This document shows positions 1 through 8,493 of a stretch of DNA of 64,000 nt, piece by piece; the stretch's first letter is position 1; every line of letters starts with the position of its first letter. The translations under genes and the position numbers were made by a program. This DNA comes from Chloropicon primus (lineage: Eukaryota). The notes beneath the pieces are model-generated. The model made no database searches, was not told the origin of the DNA, and was given only the letters and a program-made list of their open reading frames with translations. Where the stretch lies: positions 558,001 through 622,000 of the forward strand of contig CP060765.1 of NCBI GenBank assembly GCA_023205875.1, given 5' to 3'.

Positions 1-133
1 TAGGAGTTTTGCAAAAAAAAACCTACAAACAACAACAACAATTGAGTAAGAGTAAGAGTTTTGACATGTTAAACTCGCGACGATTAAAGTAATTATTTCC
101 AGAACTTCAAAAAGAAAAGAAGAACCACACGGT

Positions 134-943
134 TCACTGCTTCAGGTCCTCCTGCCCCTCCTCGTCCTCGTCCTCGATGCCGAGGTGGCCCATGATCTTG
201 AAGAGCATCTTCTCCGCGTTCTTCCTCCTCTCCTCGTCGGAGAGCTGCGCCGACTGGTCCCTGGCGCTGGCAACTTTGGCGAGCAAGCTCTCGAAGTCCT
301 CCAAGTCGCCGGTCGGATCCCCGGACGTGGGCGGAGCCTCCTCCTCCTCCTCCTCCTCCTCCCCTTGGTGGTGGTGGCGAACTTGTCTCTCCTTGAGCGT
401 TTGGCCGGGCCACCGGTGGCAGTGCAGCACCTCCACGAGCCGAGACACGCCCTGCTTGTCCCCGTAAAGCGTCAGGCTCTCGTCCAGCTCCTCACTGCCC
501 ACTGAGGCCTCGACGTACTCGAAGCCGTTCTCGAGGCACCAATCGTAGCACTTGGAGAGCCACCCGCCCTCGTCCTCCTCCTTCTCCAGCGACTGCTTCG
601 GATCCGACAGGCAGGCCAGGACCACCTTGGTTTCCACGGCCTCGTGGTCGTCGCGGCGCCCCTCGAGACCCCGCCTCAGCTTGGACCACTCCTCCTCGCT
701 CGCGATGTCGAACACCCCGACGACGGCCTCCTCCGACCCTCCTGGCCCAGAGCTTGCGGCGAGGTCCTCCACCGCCGCGGCCACCCGCAATCTCGTCGTC
801 GCCTCGTAGTATGGCGTGTCTATGTTCCAGCGATACCATTTTCCCTTCTCGATCTCCTTGAGACTCTCCCACTTGCTGCACGCGGCCAGGTCCCTCCCCA
901 GGCTCCCCACCACCGATACGTACGACCCCTCCTCCCTCGTCAT
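134..943 (-). CDS. AAGAB: Alpha/gamma-adaptin-binding protein p34-like
   Basis: WYRWNIDTPYYEA, WCLENGFEYVEA, GVSRLVEVLHCHRWP and C-terminal LSDEERRKNAEKM motifs. Start set at ATG 943 (MTREEG). Confidence 0.8.
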   Translation of the reverse strand: MTREEGSYVSVVGSLGRDLAACSKWESLKEIEKGKWYRWNIDTPYYEATTRLRVAAAVEDLAASSGPGGSEEAVVGVFDIASEEEWSKLRRGLEGRRDDHEAVETKVVLACLSDPKQSLEKEEDEGGWLSKCYDWCLENGFEYVEASVGSEELDESLTLYGDKQGVSRLVEVLHCHRWPGQTLKERQVRHHHQGEEEEEEEEAPPTSGDPTGDLEDFESLLAKVASARDQSAQLSDEERRKNAEKMLFKIMGHLGIEDEDEEGQEDLKQ

Positions 944-1243
944 AACACTCCTTCTGCCCTTCTGCCCTTCTGCGTTTGCGTTCTCCTTCTGCTCTGCTTC
1001 CCGCGCGTTTTCTTTCTTTTTTTCTGGTTGGATTTTCTCTCCTTCCCGCGGGAAATCAAAAAGATAACGGGCGAGCACGAGGCCAGGAGGACGACGAGCA
1101 CGAGAGAGAGAGGGCGAGGGAGAGGGAGAGGGAGAGGGAGAGACGAGGACGGGACGGGAGCGGGCTGCGTAGGAAGAGAGAGGGAGGGACGGAGGACAGA
1201 AAAGAAGGAAGGGGCGCCATCTCGTGCTCTTTCGAAAGAGAGA

Positions 1244-2986
1244 ATGGTTCTTCTGGGTTTCGTGTTCGAGAGGTTGTGCGGAAGCTGGCTCCACAAGGAG
1301 AACTTCGTCTTCGACGCGCACTTGCTCGAGGCGTCACAGAGCATGAAGAGAGGGAGACTGGCGAACCCTCCGCAACAATACTTTATATTCGGCTTCAAGG
1401 ATCGGCGTCTCGAGCAGAGGTACCTCGACTCGGTGGCGAGGAATAACAGGTCGAGGATATTCGGAGGCTTCTCCTTGCTCATCATGGTCGTGCTCTTGCC
1501 TCTCATCTTCAGCGTCGTGGACAGCGTCGCTTACTCGAGGGAGGACGCGAACCCGCCGACGGCGAGCGATTGGACGCTCTCGCTTTTCCCGCTGTGCCTC
1601 AGCCTGCTGACGTTCACTTCCGGGTTCGCCCTGTCCTTCTACGTCTACAAGGTTGTGGAGAGCAAGGCCTGGGTCATGCACATTGTGGAAACGGTGTTCC
1701 TCTTTTTCGCCGCTTTCGCCACGTATGACTTTTCGCAGTCGTACACGGTCTTTAGCGTTGGCTTCGGCCTTCACGGCTGGCTTGTGATGGCATCCTTCAT
1801 CTACCTCTCTCCGCTGTTAACGACCTTTATCATGGTCGTGCCGCCGGCTCAGACGCTCGAAGTCACGGGAGTGACTGGTGCCCTGATACTGATCTTCGTT
1901 CCAACGTGGGCGAACTTGTGGTCGCTAAGCTTCAACAACACGCTGATACTCTCGACCCTTGCGCCCGAGGAAGGGAAGCTCGTGCAGTGTTCCGGGAACC
2001 TGGCCGAATACTGCGTGTTTTCCAGCAAGCTCTATTTTTGCTTCTGCCTGTGCGTCATTGTTTTCATTGGGGTCTGTCTTGTCTTTGTCTCGTATGACTT
2101 CCACAGCGAGAGCAGGCAAGCGTTCGTGAACCGACAGGTATTAAGCCTCCTCGCCGAAGCTCGTGAGCTGGAGTACGCGAAGCAAAAGAAGACCCAGGAG
2201 AAACTGATCGAGTCGATCTTCCCGAAAGCGATCGCGAGGGACCTTGTGAAAAGGCAGGAGGAAATCAGAAGCGTCACTGATGCGGGTTTTCGCGGAGAGT
2301 TCGGACCGATCCACTCGCTCAGCGCGAGCGACCTCACCCTGGCCGTTGCTCGCTTCCATCAGGACGTCACCATTCTGTTCACAGATATAGTAGGCTTCAC
2401 GGCAATGGCGGGGGAAGCCCAGCCATTCGAGGTGATGCAGTTCTTGCACGTCCTCTTCACGACTTACGACAGGCTTATCGAGAAAACGAACGTCTGGAAG
2501 ATCGAGACCATCGGCGACGCTTTCATGATTGCTTCGGGGCTCAGCATGGGGTCTGACATCGTCTCGTCCCAGCAGAGTTATTCTGGAAGCTGGGGCAATG
2601 CGAAAACCTCCTCGACTTTGATTTCCTGCGAGACGCTGGACGCCAGGAGCAGCGCGTGGAACGCCATCTTGTTCGGCAAGCGAGCACTCGAGGAAGGCTC
2701 ACAATTGATGATGCCCAACGGGAGGTGGTGCCAAATACGGGTTGGCGCTCACACGGGGGACGTGTGCTCAGGAGTCGTGGGGACTGCCATGCCCCGCTAT
2801 TGCTTGTTCGGCGACACCGTGAACGTGGCCAGCCGGATGGAGAGCACGGGGGAGGTCGATCGGATCCAGATCTCCGAAGATACCTTCAAGCTCGTGTGCG
2901 ACGATCATCGCGAGGGCATCACGTGGCGCCGGCGGGAGTCCCAAGTCAAGGGGAAGGGTTCCATGATAAGTTACCTGACAGAATAA
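1244..2986 (+). CDS. Membrane-bound class III nucleotidyl cyclase, probably guanylate cyclase
   Basis: About 6-7 hydrophobic helices followed by ILFTDIVGFT, KIETIGDAFM, RVGAHTG and MPRYCLFGDTVNVASRMES. E in KIETIGD and C in RYCLF are GTP-type specificity residues. TGTAA at 3006-3010. Confidence 0.85.
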   Translation: MVLLGFVFERLCGSWLHKENFVFDAHLLEASQSMKRGRLANPPQQYFIFGFKDRRLEQRYLDSVARNNRSRIFGGFSLLIMVVLLPLIFSVVDSVAYSREDANPPTASDWTLSLFPLCLSLLTFTSGFALSFYVYKVVESKAWVMHIVETVFLFFAAFATYDFSQSYTVFSVGFGLHGWLVMASFIYLSPLLTTFIMVVPPAQTLEVTGVTGALILIFVPTWANLWSLSFNNTLILSTLAPEEGKLVQCSGNLAEYCVFSSKLYFCFCLCVIVFIGVCLVFVSYDFHSESRQAFVNRQVLSLLAEARELEYAKQKKTQEKLIESIFPKAIARDLVKRQEEIRSVTDAGFRGEFGPIHSLSASDLTLAVARFHQDVTILFTDIVGFTAMAGEAQPFEVMQFLHVLFTTYDRLIEKTNVWKIETIGDAFMIASGLSMGSDIVSSQQSYSGSWGNAKTSSTLISCETLDARSSAWNAILFGKRALEEGSQLMMPNGRWCQIRVGAHTGDVCSGVVGTAMPRYCLFGDTVNVASRMESTGEVDRIQISEDTFKLVCDDHREGITWRRRESQVKGKGSMISYLTE

Positions 2987-3011
2987 CGTATGCAATGTTC
3001 TCTTTTGTAAA

Positions 3012-4289
3012 TTACATCATGAGTAGTCTGGAGCAGTCGCAGGGCATGAACTTAACCTCCCTCCGATCAAATTCGACGAGAAAGTTTTCGAGCATGATGG
3101 AACCAAGGTGGACCTCGTTCCCCTTGCCCTTGCTCAAGAGCAGGCAGAACGCTTTCCTCGGCGCCGGTCCAGATCCCCTGCCCTGGTACAAGTACGCGTT
3201 CGGCCCTAGCGTCATTGTGGCGTTGGGGAAGACCAAGCGCATTGGTGGGAAATCGCTCAGGCTCAGCTCCTCGCCAGCCTTCGAGCCCGTGAAGCAGGTG
3301 GTTCTCAGCGGCGGTCCGCCCTGGACCTTCACCCCCGCCAGAGGGGCCAAGGCCTTCTCCAGCTGCTCGGTGAGCACAGAGTGCAGCCCAGGGGGAACAT
3401 AGGAAAACGTGCTGCCAGTGTCGATGATCATGGTGTAGGACCCTTGCTTCCTCGGGTTGTGGGACGACAGCGGCCCAACGTGCAGCCCCTTGAGCGGAAC
3501 CCCGTGGAGGTGCTTCCTCCCCCTCCTGCTCCGCACGTATGGAACGGATATTCTTTTGCCGCCCAGGCAGCTCGACTTGACCCAGTCCCAGTCCTCGTCG
3601 ATCCTTCCCACCGCGAGCACGCCCGTCGCCTTTGCCGGGCACACCGAAAAAGCTCCGCTGCCCTCCCCAAGCTGGTTTATGAGGGACAGCTTGCTTCTCG
3701 ACAAGCCGAGGATCCCGTCGGCCTTCTGAGAATAGATCAATCCGGACTCGGTGGTGCTGCATCCGAACGTCACCTTGCCACGCAGCGTGCTGTTCCTCGG
3801 CCCAAGCCTCACCACGTCCGACAGCAGCTTCCCCCCGGATGCGCTTCCCTCCGCGTACCGGATCTCGTAGTAACACTGGTTGTGCGAGCACTGGCAGTGC
3901 ACGTTGCCGCACTGGCAGTCCGCCCTGCGGTGGTGCTTGCACCTGACCGATCGGGCTGTGTTGGACTCCTCTGCCGAGAACTTGGCCCTCGCCATGTGCT
4001 TGCCACATTTCTTGCAGTTGGTGCAAGGGACGTAAGTCAAGCTCGACCCGGTGTCCACAATGAGCTCAAACTCCCTCTCAGGGCCCGACCCGAGCGCCAC
4101 GGTGGTCGACAGGTACGACTCCAGTTCTGGTCGGTGCAAGCGAGCTGCCACGACCTGCTCCGCCAGCGACCGGCCCTCCGCTTCATCCCCGGTCACGCCT
4201 CTCCTCTCGAGGGGCAGCAAGACGAAGCCTAGGCTCCCCGAGGTCGCCAGCAGGACGAGCAGGATCACGGCGAAGCATATCATCACCAT
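3012..4289 (-). CDS. Secreted pepsin-like (A1 family) aspartic protease
   Basis: Signal peptide MVMICFAVILLVLLATSGSLG; two catalytic motifs LIVDTGSS and IIDTGST; FGCS..ADGILGL; Cys-rich nepenthesin-type insert. Confidence 0.88.
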   Translation of the reverse strand: MVMICFAVILLVLLATSGSLGFVLLPLERRGVTGDEAEGRSLAEQVVAARLHRPELESYLSTTVALGSGPEREFELIVDTGSSLTYVPCTNCKKCGKHMARAKFSAEESNTARSVRCKHHRRADCQCGNVHCQCSHNQCYYEIRYAEGSASGGKLLSDVVRLGPRNSTLRGKVTFGCSTTESGLIYSQKADGILGLSRSKLSLINQLGEGSGAFSVCPAKATGVLAVGRIDEDWDWVKSSCLGGKRISVPYVRSRRGRKHLHGVPLKGLHVGPLSSHNPRKQGSYTMIIDTGSTFSYVPPGLHSVLTEQLEKALAPLAGVKVQGGPPLRTTCFTGSKAGEELSLSDFPPMRLVFPNATMTLGPNAYLYQGRGSGPAPRKAFCLLLSKGKGNEVHLGSIMLENFLVEFDRREVKFMPCDCSRLLMM

Positions 4290-4612
4290 CACAAGTGAAG
4301 CTTCAAGTCCAAAAGGTCCTCCGCGAGAACCTCCGCGTGGCAGGAGACCCTGAGCTCCCTCGGTATCAGCACGGTGCCCACCTGCCTCGTCCTCGCCTTC
4401 ACCTCCACCTTTTCCCGTCCACCCTCGAGCTCTATCAAACGCTTGGGCTCCCCCTCCACAGCGTTGCTCAGAATGATGTTCCCCTGCTTGTCGAGGCAAG
4501 TCAGAAAACCCTGGACGGTCCGCCCGTCATCGAGGTGGACGAAGACTCTCTTGTTCACCAGAGAGGCTCGCGCCTTCTCCACCAGCGTCCCTCCTCCCTC
4601 CTCCTTCGACAT
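4289..4612 (-). CDS. NAA38: Sm-like protein, probable NatC auxiliary subunit (LSMD1/Mak31)
   Basis: Sm1 motif VFVHLDDGRTVQGFLTCLDKQGNIILSNA and Sm2 motif RQVGTVLIPRELRVSC. ATG at 4612. Confidence 0.75.
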   Translation of the reverse strand: MSKEEGGGTLVEKARASLVNKRVFVHLDDGRTVQGFLTCLDKQGNIILSNAVEGEPKRLIELEGGREKVEVKARTRQVGTVLIPRELRVSCHAEVLAEDLLDLKLHL

Positions 4613-4879
4613 AAACACCAACCTTCCTCCTTGCCAAGCCCTTCGTCCCCTCCTCTCTTCTGAGAGAAATGGTGGATCGAGGAGATCGCCGAGGATGGAA
4701 CCGAGGACGAGAGGGATGGGAGGCCACCATGTGATGTCGGAAGCATCTTCCCGTGATCTTTCGAAAGAGATCCTGAATTGAAGAGGAGAGCGTTTGATCA
4801 GCAGCAGTTTAGGTTCTGGTCTGCGATGTCAAAATACATAACGTTTTTTGTTGTTGTTGGTTTTTTTGGTATTTTTCTT

Positions 4880-7800
4880 CTAGGAGTGATTCTTGACGAA
4901 GAGGCCCAGGAGGTCTGCAATGTCCAAGCTGCTCTTCAAGTGATGCTTCGCAAGGGAGTGCTTGCGGCCCACGGTGCAGGTGGTGATGTGCTTGGGACAG
5001 CCCCCGAACGTGGCGGCGAGGGTGGGCAGACCCTCCGCGAACTCCTCGGTGGGCTTGTCAAAGTAGCTGAACAAGTCCTCGTCGCGGTGCATGAAGTGAC
5101 CCGCGCAGAGGATGAAGTCTGGCTTGATCGAAGTCGCCTGGGAGATGGCCTGTATGATCCTTTGCACAGTCCCTCCCTTGGTAACCCCGAGGGGGCGGGC
5201 CTCCACCGACTTTGCACCTCGCAGGATCTCCACCTGCGCGTTGCTGATGGAACCGGTCCACAGGTGCTGCAGCATGTCCCTCATCTGGTTCCTGCCAAAG
5301 TCAATGTCGGCGTACTTGCAGTTCCAGACCAACGAAGTCTCCCTGGTGTCCACGTAACTCCTCGGAGTTCTCTCGCAAAAGTAATCGAAAACGAGTTGGA
5401 CGCTCTCCATCCACTCCAGGTTGACGTTCTCGAGCACGAGCTCCCACTCCTTGAAGGGGGGCTTGAGGAAGATCCCGTTCTCAGCGGCCAGCCACACGTT
5501 GACGCCCTCGAAGATCCTCTCGAGCTTGTAACGCTCGCTCCCGCTCACCACGAGAACCTCCGTATCCGGCTGAGACACGATGCTGCTCAGGTAGCTCTTG
5601 ACCTCCTCGCTGATTTGAGTCAGGGTTCGTATCTGGTCGAACTTGTGGTGGTGGTTGGCCTGCGCCTTTGGATTGGCCGAAGTCGTCAAGGTCGCGTTGT
5701 AGCCCATCACGATCAGTCTGGACTTGCTCGTTCTGTAGTGATCCGCCAGGGTGAAGATGTTCAGCTTCGGCGGAATGTGCATCGTTCGAAGCGCCGCCTC
5801 GATGTGAGTGTCGTGCAGCTCGCTTATGAACGTCTCCCCCCAAGCCTGGGCGGTGTGAACCTTGACGTGCATGAAGTTCTGCCTGTGCCTCTGCTGCCTC
5901 TCCCCGTCGCTCATCTTGAGGGCATAAGCAATGGCGTTGGAGAGCTCGTTCACATTGTAGGGGTTGCTGAGGATCGCACCGGCCCCAAGGCTCTGGGCGG
6001 CTCCTGCAAACTCGCTCAGGACGAGGACGCCGGGGGACTCCTTGCTCTGGCACGCCACAAACTCGTAGCTCACGAGGTTCATGCCATCCCTGAGAGAGGA
6101 GACCACGAGAACGTCCGTGACGGAGTACAGGGCGCAGAGGTTGTGGAAATCCAGAGAGCAGTCAAGAAAGTGGATGGGGTTCTGCGTCAGGGACCCGAAC
6201 CGCCCGTTGATCCTTCCCACCATCTCGTGCACCCCGCTGGTGAGCTTCTGGTACTCTGGCACGTCCTTCCTGGACGGCACCGCAATCTGCACCAGCAGGA
6301 CGTGGCTCCTCCACTCCGGATTCTCCTCCAAGAACTTCTCGAACGCCAGGAGCTTCTGTGGTATTCCCTTAACCATGTCAAGCCGGTCCACGCCAAGCAG
6401 CACTTTCCTTCCGGAGAACTGGCCCCTCATCTCGAGAATCCTCGCCTGCACGCTGGGGGTATCGAGCTCATTGATCCACTTGTCCGGGTCGATCCCGATG
6501 GGAAAGACGGCCACCCTCGTGATCGTTCCCATGTGAGCGTTCTCTATCCCGTCCAAGGTGCCCTCCAGTCCAAGAATCCTGCAGCAGGACGAGACAAAGT
6601 GCCTGGCGTAATCGTAGGTGTGGAATCCCACGAGGTCCGCCCTCAACACGCCCATCAAGATGTCGTCTCTTTGGGGCAAAGTCCTGAAGATCTCCGAGGA
6701 GGGGAAGGGTGTGTGGAGGAACCAACCCACCTTCATGTCCGGCATCTCCTCCTTGAGCAAAGCAGGCAAGAGCATCAGATGGTAGTCGTGGACCCAAACT
6801 ATGTCCCCTTCCTGGTACTGCGACATCACGGCCTTCATGAACTCCTCGTTGGCCCTCTTGTAAGCCTCGTACTGATCCTGCACCGTCTCGGTCTCCGAGA
6901 GCGTGCCCTCCTGCTGCAGGGCAATATAATGAAAGAGCTGCCAAAGGATACTGTTGCAGTAGCCGTTGTAGAACAAATCTGTGGTGTCCGCATCCAGGTA
7001 GACTGGGCAGCAGTCCTTCTTGCCGAAAGCCTCCTTCAGGCTCTCCCTCTCGGTCTCCTCGATGAACTGTCCCGGCCATCCGACCCAGGTCAGGCTGTAG
7101 CCCTCCACGCAGGTGAGTGCAGAGACGAGCCCCCCTGGGCTGACCTGCAGCTTCCAGTCTCCCGCGAGCCCCTTGAAAGCGCTGAAAGGCAGCCTGTTCG
7201 CAACAATGATCAGCCTTTGCTCCTTCCCCGAGTCCATCATCCCAGAAAGTGCCTGCGCCTGCGCCGGGTCCACGCCCACCCCGTGCGCCGGGTCCACGGC
7301 CATGGGCAGGGGGCCGGGCCCGCTGATCCTCATGCCCTTGTCCTTGACGAGCTCATTGTTCATCGTCTCCTGGCCGAGGAGGACCAGCTTGTCCGCGCTG
7401 AAGTTCCTCCAGTCCCCGAGCAGGCTCGAGTCAGAATTCTTCTGTGGCGCGAAGTTGAGCGCGTCCCTCTGCCCTATCTTTGGGGCCAGCCCACCTAAAT
7501 TCATGGGCGACTTCGACCTGGTGCGCAAGGGAAGCTGTGACAGCTCCGCCAGGTTTGTCGAACTGCCAGCACCCCCTGCTCCAACCATCCCCATCCCCAC
7601 CTGGTTGTTCAGCCTGTGACTCAGCGAGATGCTGTCCGAGTCGCTCTGCCTCCTCTTGCTCGGGCTCGCCTTGAGCGGCGACGTCGAGCCCCTCTCCGCC
7701 CCAAGGTAGGCCGAGGTCCCACCGGAACCGGAAGCAAGCCCCCCTTCCATGCCCTCGTTTCCGCTCCCACTGTTCCTCCTGTTCAAGCTGGTCGCACCCT

Positions 7801-8095
7801 CTCCCGGCGATGCTGCGTCCTTCCCCACCCCACCCCCTCCACCGCCACCCCCTTCCCTTTTCGCCGCATTCTGCAACGTCCCCAGCGACTGGCTCCTCCT
7901 CATCTGCCTCTCCCTCAGGAGTCTATCCACCCGCGTCGAAACGTTGCTGAACGGTCCCACATGACTCGTCGTCGCTTGCTGCTGTTGCTGCGGAGGCAGA
8001 GGCGGAGGCGGCATCTCCGCGGCCTGGTTCTCCCCTATCCTGTAGATCACAGGCGTCCCCCCCTCCCCCCCTTCCTCGCCCCCTTCCTCGTTCAT
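4880..8095 (-). CDS. TPS1: Class I trehalose-6-phosphate synthase (GT20 plus degenerate TPP domain)
   Basis: RLIIVANRLP, VWVHDYHLMLLP, FLHTPFPSSEIFR, GVDRLDMVKGIPQK, DGMNLVSYEF, LSEFAGAAQSL. TPP-like GYNATLT. Long low-complexity N-terminal extension. Confidence 0.93.
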   Translation of the reverse strand: MNEEGGEEGGEGGTPVIYRIGENQAAEMPPPPLPPQQQQQATTSHVGPFSNVSTRVDRLLRERQMRRSQSLGTLQNAAKREGGGGGGGGVGKDAASPGEGATSLNRRNSGSGNEGMEGGLASGSGGTSAYLGAERGSTSPLKASPSKRRQSDSDSISLSHRLNNQVGMGMVGAGGAGSSTNLAELSQLPLRTRSKSPMNLGGLAPKIGQRDALNFAPQKNSDSSLLGDWRNFSADKLVLLGQETMNNELVKDKGMRISGPGPLPMAVDPAHGVGVDPAQAQALSGMMDSGKEQRLIIVANRLPFSAFKGLAGDWKLQVSPGGLVSALTCVEGYSLTWVGWPGQFIEETERESLKEAFGKKDCCPVYLDADTTDLFYNGYCNSILWQLFHYIALQQEGTLSETETVQDQYEAYKRANEEFMKAVMSQYQEGDIVWVHDYHLMLLPALLKEEMPDMKVGWFLHTPFPSSEIFRTLPQRDDILMGVLRADLVGFHTYDYARHFVSSCCRILGLEGTLDGIENAHMGTITRVAVFPIGIDPDKWINELDTPSVQARILEMRGQFSGRKVLLGVDRLDMVKGIPQKLLAFEKFLEENPEWRSHVLLVQIAVPSRKDVPEYQKLTSGVHEMVGRINGRFGSLTQNPIHFLDCSLDFHNLCALYSVTDVLVVSSLRDGMNLVSYEFVACQSKESPGVLVLSEFAGAAQSLGAGAILSNPYNVNELSNAIAYALKMSDGERQQRHRQNFMHVKVHTAQAWGETFISELHDTHIEAALRTMHIPPKLNIFTLADHYRTSKSRLIVMGYNATLTTSANPKAQANHHHKFDQIRTLTQISEEVKSYLSSIVSQPDTEVLVVSGSERYKLERIFEGVNVWLAAENGIFLKPPFKEWELVLENVNLEWMESVQLVFDYFCERTPRSYVDTRETSLVWNCKYADIDFGRNQMRDMLQHLWTGSISNAQVEILRGAKSVEARPLGVTKGGTVQRIIQAISQATSIKPDFILCAGHFMHRDEDLFSYFDKPTEEFAEGLPTLAATFGGCPKHITTCTVGRKHSLAKHHLKSSLDIADLLGLFVKNHS

Positions 8096-8493
8096 CGCCT
8101 CGCCTCCTCTCTTTCGTCGCCAAACGCCTCGCTCCTCTCCCGCCCAAGGCCAAGGGACGCGGGGACGGGGCGGGCGCGGGGTGAATACGCGACCACTCCA
8201 CTCGACGCTTCGTCTAAAGGGCTTCCGAGCTCGTACAGGCCTTGCGACGCGACGAGGCTCGGTATTGGAACACGCTTGGACCACACCTCGCTGAGGCGGA
8301 GAGGGAGAGGGAGCGCGTTTGATGGACAACCTCAATCGATGCCAGTGTTGGTCGGAAGTTTTGAGATGTTATAGATGGACAGGTTCGAGTGTGCGTGTTG
8401 TCCGGAGGCCGTGTGACTGCGCGGCTTGATGCGTCTCTGTCGGGGAAGCGGCTTGGGTTCGTTTGTCCGGCGGAGCGAGGGTTGGGGGGAGAG

